This document shows positions 50,969 to 61,290 of a stretch of 64,000 nucleotides of DNA, piece by piece. Source of the DNA: an uncultured bacterium. GTDB taxonomy: Bacteria; Verrucomicrobiota; Verrucomicrobiia; Limisphaerales; UBA8199. Within the stretch, counting starts at the first letter, position 1, and each line of letters starts with the position of its first letter. The position numbers and the translations under genes were made by a program. The stretch lies in NCBI GenBank assembly GCA_963749495.1, contig CAVVMW010000021.1, forward strand, positions 192,001 through 256,000, written 5' to 3'. Below the pieces are notes generated by a model, which worked only from the letters and a program-made list of their open reading frames with translations, made no database searches and had not been told where the DNA came from.

Positions 50969-53077
50969 GTGATGAAGTCGCGAAAAGTGACACCGCGGCA
51001 ACAGCCCGTCGATCCGCTGGAGCCGGGGCGCAATGCCGGGGTGCATCGCCGCCAGCGGTGGTTTTGGCTGGCTGCCCTGATGCTTCCCCTAGTCGTGCTT
51101 TTGACGGCAGAACTTGGTCTGCGCCTGGCCGGATATGGTTACCCGACTGCCTTTTTCCTCGAACGGGCGCAGGGTGGCCACCGTGTGCTGGTTCAGAATC
51201 AGCGCTTTGGTTATCGTTTCTTTCCGCCACGCCTGGCGCGCACTCCTCAGCCGCTTGTGATGGATGCGCAAAAGCCGCCGCAAACGTATCGCATTTTTGT
51301 GTTTGGCGAATCGGCCGCGATGGGCGATCCCGACCCGGATTTTGGCCCGGCGCGCATGTTGCAGGTGATGTTGGAGGACCAGTACCCCGGCACAACGTTC
51401 GAAGTGGTGAACGCAGCCATGACGGCGATCAACTCACACGCCGTGCGAGAGATCGCGCACGATTGCACTTCCCGCGAGGGCGACCTGTGGGTGGTCTATA
51501 TGGGCAACAACGAAGTGATCGGTCCGTTTGGCGCAGGGACAATTTTTGGCGCTGCCGTTCCCAACCGTGCTGTCATCCGGCTCACCCTCGCGCTGGGACA
51601 AACCAGATTAGGCCAATTGGCCGAGGCGTTGGGCCGAAGGCCCCTTGGCGGGCAGCCGATGCCAAACACTTGGGGCGGGCTGAAGATGTTTCTCGGTCAT
51701 CAAGTCCGCTCGGATGATCCGCGCCTGGGACGAGTCCGGGAACACTATGGGCGAAACCTGGCGGAGATCATCAGTCTAGGCCGCGCCGCCGGTGCTAAAG
51801 TTGTGGTCTGCACTGTCGCCAGCAACCTCAAGGAGTGCGCGCCGTTCGGCTCCCAGCACCGGTGCAGCCTGACCTCCCAACAACTCAGCGCATGGCAGAA
51901 AGTCTTCGACCAGGGAGTGGCGCTTGAGACAGCCCGCCAGTTTGCCGATGCGCTGGTGTTTTACCGCCAGGCTGCTGAGATTGACGATTCCTTTGCAGCC
52001 CTTCAATTCCGTCTCGGCCATTGCCTGCTGGCCCTGGATAAATCCGCTGAGGCGCGGCGGGCGTTCGAGCGGGCGCGCGACGAGGACACCTTGCGTTTCC
52101 GCTCCGATACGCAGAACAACGAAATCGTTCGCGCGGTGGCGGCGAACCGCGCTGCCGAGGGCGTGTACCTGGTGGACACAGAACAAGAATTGGCCCGGCA
52201 AAGTCCGCATGGCATCCCTGGCCTCGACATCTTTTGGGAGCATGTGCACTTCAATTTCGCCGGCACCCATGCGTTGGCTGAGAGCCTCGCGCGGCAGGTC
52301 GCGGGGATTCTGCCGGGTTCTGTTAGGCAAGCGCGCGCGAGCCGGCCCTGGTTGTCCACGCAAGCATGCGCGCAGCGGCTGACCTATTGCCGCTGGGACG
52401 ACCACAACATCCTCTCCGAGATCTACCGCCGGCAGCAGACTGCGCCCTGCACCCTGCAACTGGACCACGCGGAACGCGACCGGCTGTGGCAGCGGAAACT
52501 GGCCGAACAGCAACCTGCCATCCAAGGGGCGCCGCTCCGGCAACAAGTCGCTGGTGTTCAAGCGGTGGTGCGCGTCCATCCGACCGACTGGGTATTACAC
52601 AAAAACCTGGGGCAACTTCTGGAAGCCGCCGGCGATCTTTCCGCTGCACTTGAGGAGTGGCGGCGCGTATCCGAAATGGTGCCCCAATACGGTAATGCCT
52701 GGTACCACCTCGGCAATCTGCTCGACATGCAGGGCAAGAGCGCCGAAGCGCAAGCGAATTTTGAGAGGGCGCTCGACCTCAGTCCCTACATGGCCGAGGC
52801 CATGAATGGCTTGGGCCTGGCACTCGCTGCCCAAGGCAAGTTCGACCGGGCCTTTCGGCAGTATGCCAAAGCCATTGAGACGAATCCCGAGTCCATTCAC
52901 GCCTACATCAACTGGGGCCTGGGTCTGGAAGAACTCGGTCACCGCCGCCAGGCCGTTGAGCAATTTCAGGAAGTGTTGCGGGTGGATCCTGCCAACCCGG
53001 CTGCCCAAGCCGCCCTGGGCCGCCTGCAACCACAGGATCAGGCTGCGGGCTCCGCTGGCGCTCCCGCGTCGAAGTGA
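50969..53077 (+). CDS. Membrane-anchored SGNH-like/TPR protein
   Basis: TM segment; RIFVFGESAAMG, YMGNNE, EHVH; C-terminal TPRs. Confidence 0.82.
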   Translation: MMKSRKVTPRQQPVDPLEPGRNAGVHRRQRWFWLAALMLPLVVLLTAELGLRLAGYGYPTAFFLERAQGGHRVLVQNQRFGYRFFPPRLARTPQPLVMDAQKPPQTYRIFVFGESAAMGDPDPDFGPARMLQVMLEDQYPGTTFEVVNAAMTAINSHAVREIAHDCTSREGDLWVVYMGNNEVIGPFGAGTIFGAAVPNRAVIRLTLALGQTRLGQLAEALGRRPLGGQPMPNTWGGLKMFLGHQVRSDDPRLGRVREHYGRNLAEIISLGRAAGAKVVVCTVASNLKECAPFGSQHRCSLTSQQLSAWQKVFDQGVALETARQFADALVFYRQAAEIDDSFAALQFRLGHCLLALDKSAEARRAFERARDEDTLRFRSDTQNNEIVRAVAANRAAEGVYLVDTEQELARQSPHGIPGLDIFWEHVHFNFAGTHALAESLARQVAGILPGSVRQARASRPWLSTQACAQRLTYCRWDDHNILSEIYRRQQTAPCTLQLDHAERDRLWQRKLAEQQPAIQGAPLRQQVAGVQAVVRVHPTDWVLHKNLGQLLEAAGDLSAALEEWRRVSEMVPQYGNAWYHLGNLLDMQGKSAEAQANFERALDLSPYMAEAMNGLGLALAAQGKFDRAFRQYAKAIETNPESIHAYINWGLGLEELGHRRQAVEQFQEVLRVDPANPAAQAALGRLQPQDQAAGSAGAPASK

Positions 53078-53190
53078 GTTCTCAAGTCCGAAGGAAAAGC
53101 GACCGGGAATTGCTGCCCGGTCGCTCGTCGTGGGCACCAGAGCCGTTTATTGGCCCGGTGGCCTGTTTCACCCAAATCCGAGCCTGAACG

Positions 53191-53309
53191 CTAGCGAGGC
53201 AGGGCCTCAGACCGTGGCTTGGGCATCTTGCCCAACCCCCCCCACGGGCAGGATGCCCGTGCCACAAACTTGACCTGTCTGCATCACGTTTTGAAATTCA
53301 AGGCCTCTA
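53191..53309 (-). repeat. MITE-like repeat, inverted copy of 5797-5915
   Basis: Begins at the TAG stop of the upstream gene and ends in CTAG. Confidence 0.85.
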
Positions 53310-56300
53310 CTGCTGCTTGAGGCGGTAGAAGGTGCTGCCGCCGTGTGGCAAGGGCGCCGTCACGGGACTGGCGGTGCCGCCCGGGACGTCCGTCCAACCC
53401 GCCGGGTTGGCGAGATTGCCGTTTTGCTGGAGGCCAAAGCCGGTGCCCGGCCAACTGAGCGTCAGGGTGTTGCCCGTGAGGCTGATCGTCAGCATCGGGG
53501 GCGGCGGGGGGACGCCACCGGCCATCAACTGGGCGAGTTCGGCCTGGCTCAACGTGCGATTGAAGATGTGGATGTCGTCAAAGTAGCCGGTGTAAGGATG
53601 CCAGTAGGTGTCGTGCGACAGGCCGAACTCCAGTTCCTGATCCGGCGGCCACGCCCCGGCGTTGCCATGCGTGAGCTCGGCATCCAGCTTGCCGTCAACG
53701 TAGAAGGACACAATCCCAAAGGGCAGCCAGGTATAGATGTAGGCGACGTGGTGCCAGTTGCCATCATCCACCGGCGTGACGCCCCCCACGTTCAGGCCGC
53801 TGGGGTAGGCCTGGTCAAAGAGCGCGTCGGGCACGCCACTTGGCGAATCGGGCGAGTTGTTGTTGACGACCAACAGGTCACCCCAGTTGTTGGTGCCCCC
53901 GCGCCGATCCCACAGGAGCTCATCGTTATTGGGGGGGGTCGTGGTGTTGAACCAGAACGCAATCGTGCCCACATTGCTATCGAGATCGGCGTGCGGTGGG
54001 ATGGCAATCTGGTTGCCCACACTCCCGTCGAACTGCATCACGCCCGTTCGCGTCACACTCTTGCCATCCGTATAGGAAGCCACCCAGGTGGCGCCGTTGT
54101 TCACGCCGTCATGCGAGGCCGTCTTCGCCGGCCCTAATGGGGCGTCGTCCAGGACAGTGGTCCCGCCGTCAGCGGTGAAGAGATACCGGGCGACCAGGTT
54201 GTAAGCCATGGGCGGACGCGGGTTGACCACGACGGTTGCCGGCTGGCTGGTGCGCGTGCGGACGGCATTGGTGGCCACGAACACGTAAGTGCCTGCCTGG
54301 TCCGGAGTGATGTTCGTGATGACCAGTTCCGACGCCGTTGCGCCTGGGATGTCCACCCCGTTGTGCTGCCACTTCGTGGTGATCGGGGTTTGGCCGCTGG
54401 CGCCGGAGCGCAAAAAGATGCGGTCCCCCGCGAAGACGTTCCAACTGCTCGGAGCGGGACTCACCACCAACCCTGTGGGCGGCGGGAACACCTGCACTTC
54501 GGCCAGACACATCTGCACGTTGTTCGGGTCAGTCGTATCAGTCGCAGCCGTGTGTTCCAGGCGGACGACCTGGCCGATCTGGCCACTCCCGAGATCCAAC
54601 ACGGTTGGATTGGGTGGGACGTTCGCGCCGGTCAGCGCGACCCGCAACAGTTCCTGGCGCGTGTTCGGATTGTCGGTGTCATAGATCACCAGGTCCACAT
54701 TCTCGTTGCGCGTGCCGCAGCAGTCCGTGCGCCACCAGACGTTGATCGAGCCCATCACCTTGGGAGATTTCAGGTCCACTTCCCACCAACCCAAGCTGCC
54801 GTTGGCGGTGCAGGAAATGGAACCGGCACCCCAGTTGCCGGCGGTGTTGCCGTCAATGGCCCGGCTGGCGACCGTGGCGGAAGTATAATCGGAGTTTTGG
54901 GTGGCCGTGCCGCCCAGCGCATAGTCAATGGGCGTCTGCGGAATCGCGGCGTTGATGCTCTTTGTCACCATCGTATTGCCGGCCAGGTCTTTCACCCCGC
55001 TCACCGTCAGCGCAACCGTGTCGCCCAGGAGCACGTTTTGAATGACCAAGGTGACCGTTTCGCCGTCGGCGCCCAGCGTGACGCTGCCCACCGTAGGTCC
55101 GCCCGCCAGGACATAGTTGCTGGGGTTGGTGGCCGTGGTGGGATCGATCAACTTGCTGAACATCAGGCTTACCCGAACTTGGTCCGTGACCTGCACTTGT
55201 TTGCTGACAATCGTGGGCGGAGTGACGTCGTTCGTCACCGTCAGGGTCACTTCCGAAGAAAACACGCCAAAACCGGAGACGGAGACCTGGACTTTGTATT
55301 TATCCCCGTTGTTCGTCTTGGCCAGCATCGGCGTGGTGTAGGAACTCAGCCAACTGCCCGCCAGTCCCGGCATCTCCACCCCGTTTCGATACCAGCGATA
55401 GCTGATGTTCTCCGGTCGGATGCCGCCGTCCACGGTCGCCACAATGGGACCGAAGGTTGCCGTCTGGTACTCCGCAAGCGTGGCGGGTTGCAAGTCCTGG
55501 GTGAGGGCAATGGCCGGCGCGCTGGCGTAAGGCGGGAACACTTCCACCTCGGCGAGGTTCAGGAATGTGTCGGGGGTGGTCTGGGTGGTGTTGACCATCA
55601 CGATCTGTCCGTTGGCCAGCGCCGGGACGAAGTTCACCACGAACCTTGTGCCGGTGGGCTGGACCACAAACATCTGCTTGTAGAGCGCGTTGGTGAGCGC
55701 GTCGGCGACCGTCAACTGGATGTTCTGGAATCGAGCGTAAGTCGCGTTGTGGACCGGCCAGATCGCCACACTCCCGATGCTCTTGGGCGCGGCCAGGGTC
55801 ACGTTCCACCAGGGCAACGGATCCACCATCGTGCCGTCTGCATTGGTAGTAATGTCCGGCGCGGAAAAACCATATGGGGGCACCGCGGGGGTGACTCCGA
55901 AGTGGTTGCCATCATTGGCTTGTTGGGGACCGTAATCGGCGCTATCGCCCAGGTAGTACGAACTGGAGGCCGCCACGCCGCCGTTGACGTCTTGCGCCCA
56001 GTTGGTCAATTCGATCAGCGGCTGGTTGAAGACCTCGACCTCAGCCAGGCAGACGTAGTCCGGATAGCCGTCCAGGTGCTCGACGTACACCACGCCCCCA
56101 TTGATCATGGGGGTGATATCGAACCCCACGTCGCGGGGCTGACTTCCATTCCATGTGGTATTGTTAGTCTCCCAGAGCGAGACTCGCGTCGCGGTATTCG
56201 TGCTGTCGAAGATCACGATGTGCAGATTGTCGTTACGCGACTGACAGCAGTCCTCGCGAAACCACAGATGGATGTGACCGATGGGTTTGGCGCCGCCCAA

Positions 56301-56534
56301 ATCAACCTGCCACCACTCGCCTGCGGTGTTATTGGCGCTGTGGCTGATGGAGCCGTCGCCCCAATTGCCGGAGATGTTTCCGTCTATGGCGCGGCTGGGC
56401 AGACCGCCGTAGCCAGTCGAGGATGCAGTGGCCGTTCCAGCCAGGGCCCAGTTGGTTAACGTGGTGGCCTGTGCGGACCAGGCCGCCACGCACAGGAGTG
56501 TCATGATACAGAGGTTTTGTCTGATCGATTTCAT
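53307..56534 (-). CDS. Secreted multidomain lectin-like protein (3 F5/8C/fucolectin-like, Ig-like, LamG, C-terminal FYRL domain)
   Basis: SRAIDGN...WWQVDL...REDCC...CLAEVEV units; WHHVAY...FYVDG...FDDIHIFNRTL; ends TFYRLKQQ. Confidence 0.85.
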   Translation of the reverse strand: MKSIRQNLCIMTLLCVAAWSAQATTLTNWALAGTATASSTGYGGLPSRAIDGNISGNWGDGSISHSANNTAGEWWQVDLGGAKPIGHIHLWFREDCCQSRNDNLHIVIFDSTNTATRVSLWETNNTTWNGSQPRDVGFDITPMINGGVVYVEHLDGYPDYVCLAEVEVFNQPLIELTNWAQDVNGGVAASSSYYLGDSADYGPQQANDGNHFGVTPAVPPYGFSAPDITTNADGTMVDPLPWWNVTLAAPKSIGSVAIWPVHNATYARFQNIQLTVADALTNALYKQMFVVQPTGTRFVVNFVPALANGQIVMVNTTQTTPDTFLNLAEVEVFPPYASAPAIALTQDLQPATLAEYQTATFGPIVATVDGGIRPENISYRWYRNGVEMPGLAGSWLSSYTTPMLAKTNNGDKYKVQVSVSGFGVFSSEVTLTVTNDVTPPTIVSKQVQVTDQVRVSLMFSKLIDPTTATNPSNYVLAGGPTVGSVTLGADGETVTLVIQNVLLGDTVALTVSGVKDLAGNTMVTKSINAAIPQTPIDYALGGTATQNSDYTSATVASRAIDGNTAGNWGAGSISCTANGSLGWWEVDLKSPKVMGSINVWWRTDCCGTRNENVDLVIYDTDNPNTRQELLRVALTGANVPPNPTVLDLGSGQIGQVVRLEHTAATDTTDPNNVQMCLAEVQVFPPPTGLVVSPAPSSWNVFAGDRIFLRSGASGQTPITTKWQHNGVDIPGATASELVITNITPDQAGTYVFVATNAVRTRTSQPATVVVNPRPPMAYNLVARYLFTADGGTTVLDDAPLGPAKTASHDGVNNGATWVASYTDGKSVTRTGVMQFDGSVGNQIAIPPHADLDSNVGTIAFWFNTTTPPNNDELLWDRRGGTNNWGDLLVVNNNSPDSPSGVPDALFDQAYPSGLNVGGVTPVDDGNWHHVAYIYTWLPFGIVSFYVDGKLDAELTHGNAGAWPPDQELEFGLSHDTYWHPYTGYFDDIHIFNRTLSQAELAQLMAGGVPPPPPMLTISLTGNTLTLSWPGTGFGLQQNGNLANPAGWTDVPGGTASPVTAPLPHGGSTFYRLKQQ

Positions 56535-56811
56535 ATTTCAAGGATTTGATGTTGCCAAGCTGTTTGGCTGTCTCAGCCAGGACCGGTGGAAATGCCCTCA
56601 TGGGTTGTATGTGCACGGGGGTTGTTCCGCACTGTTACTGGGTTCCAATGGCGCAGGTATCGGTTACCTGGGCCATTTTGTCAAGAGGAAACCGATAGCC
56701 CATCACAGCCATCCCATAGAAATCCAATATACACCCTCGCGATCTCGTGGCAAAGGTCAAACCGGGGGATGTCTTTGTCCCGGAGGGGCAGTGGGAGAAT
56801 GGACCAACGCT

Positions 56812-57348
56812 TCAACGCTGCCATTTCCCGTGGCGGACGAACTCGGGATTGTACCGGGTGCGCGCTTCGAGGTTCTCGCCGGGATGGCCCAGGGCGATGA
56901 CGGCGATGGGGATGAGCGGCGCCGGCAGCGAGAGCATCTCTTTGAGCCGGCCCATGCAATCCTCGCTGGGATGAACGCCGACCCAGCACGCCCCCAGGCC
57001 GAGGCTGTGCGCCGCCAGGAGCAGGTTCTCGATCGCGGCCGAGCAGTCCTGCAGCATATAACTCACCTGCCGCTCCAGGGCGGCATCCAGGTCCCCGCAC
57101 ACTGCAATCCCTACCGTGGCGGCCGCCAGCATCTTGCCGCCCGGCAGCGCCGCCGCCATCTGCGCCAGCACCTGTTCTTCCCGAACCACGATGAAGCGCC
57201 AGGGGTCCTTGGTCATCGCCGAAGGAGCGGCCATCGCGGCCTGGAGGAGCATCGTGAGCGTTTCGTCGCTAATCGGGCCGGGCGCATAGATGCGCACGCT
57301 GCGCCGGCCGAAGATAAAATCCAGTTTCCCCTTTGCAATCGGGCTCAT
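56812..57348 (-). CDS. Nitroreductase family protein
   Basis: RRSVR, AAPSA, PWRFIV, QDCSAAIENLLLAAHSLGLGACW. Confidence 0.92.
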   Translation of the reverse strand: MSPIAKGKLDFIFGRRSVRIYAPGPISDETLTMLLQAAMAAPSAMTKDPWRFIVVREEQVLAQMAAALPGGKMLAAATVGIAVCGDLDAALERQVSYMLQDCSAAIENLLLAAHSLGLGACWVGVHPSEDCMGRLKEMLSLPAPLIPIAVIALGHPGENLEARTRYNPEFVRHGKWQR

Positions 57349-57350
57349 AG

Positions 57351-58172
57351 TCAGCCCTCCAGGCCCCGAGTGCGCGTCCAGTTGCCTGGGGCGGTCTTGG
57401 CCACCCAGAACGACTCGCCCACGCCCACGACCGGCGGGCCAGCGGTCCACTTGCCGTTTTCGTAAGGGTAAAGCACGTACTTCTGCGCGTCCCGGTCGAA
57501 AAGGTGGACGACGTCCCCGTTGGCGATCGGGAACTCCATCGCGTCCAGGCTGCCGGCTTGGGGGAGTTGCGAACTGCGGACCGAAAAGCCCGCGGGGATT
57601 GGAACCGAGAGGTTCCCTTGGGTGACTTGGCCGGTGAAGCACACCGACCTGTACTCGGAGGTCGGATTCAGAAAGATGGCGCCCTCACCCGGCTGGAGCC
57701 GCTCGGCGGGGTTGGCCCACCTGCCGAGTTTCACCGCGTTTTCGCTCAACTGGAAGCGGCGCGTGTCGAATTTATTGAGTGTCGTGCCGTCCGGCCAGCC
57801 ATTGAAGACCTCGCCCACGCCATTGCCGGGGCCTTCCAGCGGGTTGGCGATCATCGAAAAACCCGGAGGCAGCGAGATCGAAACATAGCCAATTACATTG
57901 GCCGAGCAGGCCTGGCCGGAGCGAAGGCGATAAAACCTGCAGTTGAACCTGCGGGCGTCGGAATCCTCATACACGAGGGCTTCGTCGACGGCGCCGCTGG
58001 CAATGGTCTGCCAGGTGCGCAGGTCGGTGCTGGCCTCGATCTCATATAGGCTCCCCTTGTCCAACTGCGTGCTGAAGCCGAATGGACCGCCAGGGACCTT
58101 CAACGCGCTCGAAAGCGAGGGCAACACCGCGTCCTCGGCCTTTCGCTTGCCGAATAACTCGCCGAATTTCAT
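57351..58172 (-). CDS. Hypothetical protein with N-terminal FYRL domain
   Basis: YEIEASTDLRTW...RFYRLR followed by SANVIGYVSISLPPGFSMIANPL; no obvious signal peptide. Confidence 0.7.
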   Translation of the reverse strand: MKFGELFGKRKAEDAVLPSLSSALKVPGGPFGFSTQLDKGSLYEIEASTDLRTWQTIASGAVDEALVYEDSDARRFNCRFYRLRSGQACSANVIGYVSISLPPGFSMIANPLEGPGNGVGEVFNGWPDGTTLNKFDTRRFQLSENAVKLGRWANPAERLQPGEGAIFLNPTSEYRSVCFTGQVTQGNLSVPIPAGFSVRSSQLPQAGSLDAMEFPIANGDVVHLFDRDAQKYVLYPYENGKWTAGPPVVGVGESFWVAKTAPGNWTRTRGLEG

Positions 58173-58283
58173 AACGCCTTGCGTCTTTCCACGATCCAAT
58201 GTTGCCCAGTTGCGCAGCACGGATTACCAACTACCGGCCACCGAACCATCAACTCCTGACTGCGGACTGCCGACTGCCGGCTC

Positions 58284-59372
58284 CTACGACAAAATCCTTC
58301 TCCCTTCATCGAGGAATATGCCCTTGAAGTTCATCTCCAGGGCCTGCGGGTTGGTGGCCTTTTGCAGGGCCTCCTGTTCGGAGACCTTGCCGTCCTTGAC
58401 GAGTTGGAAGAGGGCCTGGTTGAAATTGATCATGCCGTCCTCATTGCCGGTCTCGATGGCGGCGGCGAGTTTATCCAGCCGGTTTTCCTCCATGAGCTTC
58501 TTGACGGTGGACGTGTTGATGAGGATCTCGACGGCGGGGGTCATGCTCCCGGACAGGGTGTTGACCATGCGCTGGCAGACGACGGCCTGGAGCGTGCCGG
58601 CGAGTTGGCGGCGGATCTGCTCCCGTTCGTCCGCCTTGAAGAAGTCCAGGATGCGGCTGACGGACTGCGAGGCATTGGTCGTGTGGAGCGTCGAGAGGAC
58701 CAGGTGGCCGGTATCGGCCGCACTCATGGCGGCGGTGAAGCTGATGGCGTCGCGCATTTCGCCGATCATGATGATGTCCGGGTCCTGGCGCAGGACGTGC
58801 TTGAGGGCGTGATGGAACGAGAGCGTGTCCAGCCCCACCTCGCGTTGCTCAACAACGCATTGGTTGTCCTCGAAGACATATTCGATGGGATCTTCCAGGG
58901 TGATGATGTGCCGCTTGAAGTTGGCGTTGATGTGCTCGATCATCGCGGCCAGCGTCGTGGACTTGCCGCAACCGGTCGAGCCAGCCAGCAGCACGATGCC
59001 GCGCGGCGATTCGGCAATGCGCTTAATCTGGTCCAGAAGGCCCAACTCCTCGAAGCTAGGGACGATGGTCTTGACGTAGCGCATCGCCAGGCACCAGTGG
59101 CCGCGCTGCTGGAAGAGGTTGGTCCGGAACCGGCCGATGCCAGGCACATAGTAGGAGAAGTTGATCTCGCGCTGCTCCTCCAGCCGTTGCCTCAAATGCA
59201 CCGGCGTGACCGCTTTGACCACCATGGTCATCCATTCCTCCGTGGGCGGCGGACATTCGATGGCGATGAGCTGACGATTGATGCGGAAGATGACGGGCGT
59301 GCCGATCTTCAGGTGTACGTCCGAGGCGGCGCCCTCGACCGCCGTCTTCAGGATGCGGTGAAACATTTCCAT
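58284..59372 (-). CDS. pilT: PilT/PilU-family ATPase
   Basis: ASDVH, GSTGCGKSTT, TLEDPIE, LRQDPD, GEMRD, TLHT. Confidence 0.92.
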   Translation of the reverse strand: MEMFHRILKTAVEGAASDVHLKIGTPVIFRINRQLIAIECPPPTEEWMTMVVKAVTPVHLRQRLEEQREINFSYYVPGIGRFRTNLFQQRGHWCLAMRYVKTIVPSFEELGLLDQIKRIAESPRGIVLLAGSTGCGKSTTLAAMIEHINANFKRHIITLEDPIEYVFEDNQCVVEQREVGLDTLSFHHALKHVLRQDPDIIMIGEMRDAISFTAAMSAADTGHLVLSTLHTTNASQSVSRILDFFKADEREQIRRQLAGTLQAVVCQRMVNTLSGSMTPAVEILINTSTVKKLMEENRLDKLAAAIETGNEDGMINFNQALFQLVKDGKVSEQEALQKATNPQALEMNFKGIFLDEGRRILS

Positions 59373-59429
59373 GCCGCCGAGCCTACCAGACGGGCGCCCC
59401 TTGCCAAACACGAAAATGCGCGCCTGGGT

Positions 59430-59612
59430 GACCGGTCCGCGAAGCCGAAAACAGAGTGCCGGGTGGACCCCTCACCCCAGCCCTCTCCCCTTCCGAAGGG
59501 GAGAGGGAGAAGCACCGGCAGTCTCTTGAATTTCCGGGCGTCTCTGGTTCCTCAAGCGCTGCGGAGAATTCTCCCTCTCCCCATCCGATGGGGAGAGGGC
59601 CGGGGTGAGGGG
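59430..59612. repeat. REP-like palindrome, inverted homologue of 5533-5745
   Basis: Shared arms and flank (cagagtgccggg). Confidence 0.75.
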
Positions 59613-59843
59613 GTGGCCCTCGTGACACTGCGGCCTTCACCGAGGCATTGCGTTCCCTGGCTTTACTGCGTGGTCTGCGGGCCTCCGGGGTACGGCCATG
59701 CGGTCACTGTGCGGTCTTTCCCCAAATAGTTGGTCCAGGGTTGCCTTCGCCGCCGTTTCTACGCTCATCCCAGTCTGGTGACAAGAAAAGAATTAAGAAA
59801 TTTTCAGATTTCAGGCCCGGCCGCGTTGTGATTAAGCTGGAGC

Positions 59844-60958
59844 ATGTCATTGCCGCCATCGCCCGCGCTGGTCCGGCCGCTGGTGCGGCGCCTCAGACCT
59901 TATGTCCCGGGCGAACAGCCCAGGCTCAAGGGCCTGATCAAGCTCAACACCAACGAAAACCCATACCCCCCCTCGCCCAAGGTCCTGGCCGCCACCCGCG
60001 CCGCAGTGGACGCCCGCCTGCGGCTCTATCCGCCGCCTACAGCCGACCCGCTGCGCGCCAAACTCGCCCGCCTCCACAGTTGCCGGCCGGAGAATATCAT
60101 TGTCGGCAACGGCTCGGACGAACTGCTCAACCTGGCGGTCCGGGCCTTGGTGGAGCCTCGACCCGGCTCGGCCCCCGCCCGCCCAGCCGCTCCCTTCTTC
60201 AGTACTTCGTCCCCAGCTACTCCCTATACCCGGTCCTGGCGGACATCCAGGGCGCAGCCAGCCTCGGCGTGCCCCTCAAATCCGACTTCGGCCTTCCTGC
60301 TCTTATCGAGTCGAGCCGGGGCGGGCAATGGGACTTCCGGGCCGCGCTGACCATCATCACCACGCCCAACGCCCCCAGCGGACGCGGTTATTCCACGGCC
60401 GAGTTGGAGGCGCTTTGCCGCGCTCAAAAAGGGGTTGTAATCCTGGACGAGGCCTATGTGGACTTCGCCCGCGAGCACGCCCTCGGGCTGGCGCTCAAAT
60501 ACCCGCACGTCCTTGTGGCCCGCACCTTCTCGAAGGCATACTCCCTCTGTTTCCAGCGGGTCGGCTATTTCGTCGGCCACCCCGCCCTCATCGCCGCCCT
60601 CCATAAGCTGCGCGACAGCTACAATGTCAACGGCCTTGGCCAAATCGCCGCCCTGGCCACGCTCGGCGACTTGCCTTATTACCGGGCCAACTTCCGCAAG
60701 ATCATCCGGACCCGTGAGTGGCTCAGCCGCGCACTCGCCCAACTCGGTTTCGAGGTCTTTCCCAGCCAGACCAACTTCATCCTGGTCCGCCCGCCCCGGT
60801 TCCCCGCCCAAACCTGGCTGCGGCGCCTGCGCCAGCGCCGCATCCTGGTCCGCTGGTTCGACCAACCGGAAGTCCGCCCCTTCCTCCGCATCACCATCGG
60901 CACCCCGGAGGAGGCATCCGCCTTGCTCGCCGCCTGCAAGCAGATCCTCGGAGGATAG
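59844..60958 (+). CDS. hisC: Histidinol-phosphate aminotransferase, frameshifted near 60190
   Basis: [23 protein letters not shown]; then [28 protein letters not shown]. Confidence 0.92.
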
Positions 60959-61290
60959 AGCAGCCGAGCGGGCGCGGTGTGCCCGCTCCGCGCCAGCGTT
61001 TTTGGACTGCGCTCCCGATGCATCGGGAGCGCTTTTGGGACCCTGGGTATGCGACATGGCCAGCGGAACGGCGCAGCCCAAAACCCTGTGGCCTTCCTCC
61101 TCCTCAGCGACTGTCTTGAGAAGGCGCGGGATCGACTCCAGCAAAGCGGCTTGGCCGCCCGTCTGTGTGGCACGGCGGCTGCTCGTAACCTAATCGGATT
61201 ATACAAAGGCGTACCAACCGAGCGCGCGAGCGCTGTCCAGAAAACGTACGTCTTAAAATTGGGCAGAGCGGGGACCGCGGGGCCAATACG

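Noticed and set aside
54363..56459. Long antisense ORFs (this 698-aa one, also 37981-39795 and 34838-36490)
   Set aside because: Shadow ORFs opposite well-supported genes, expected at high GC.
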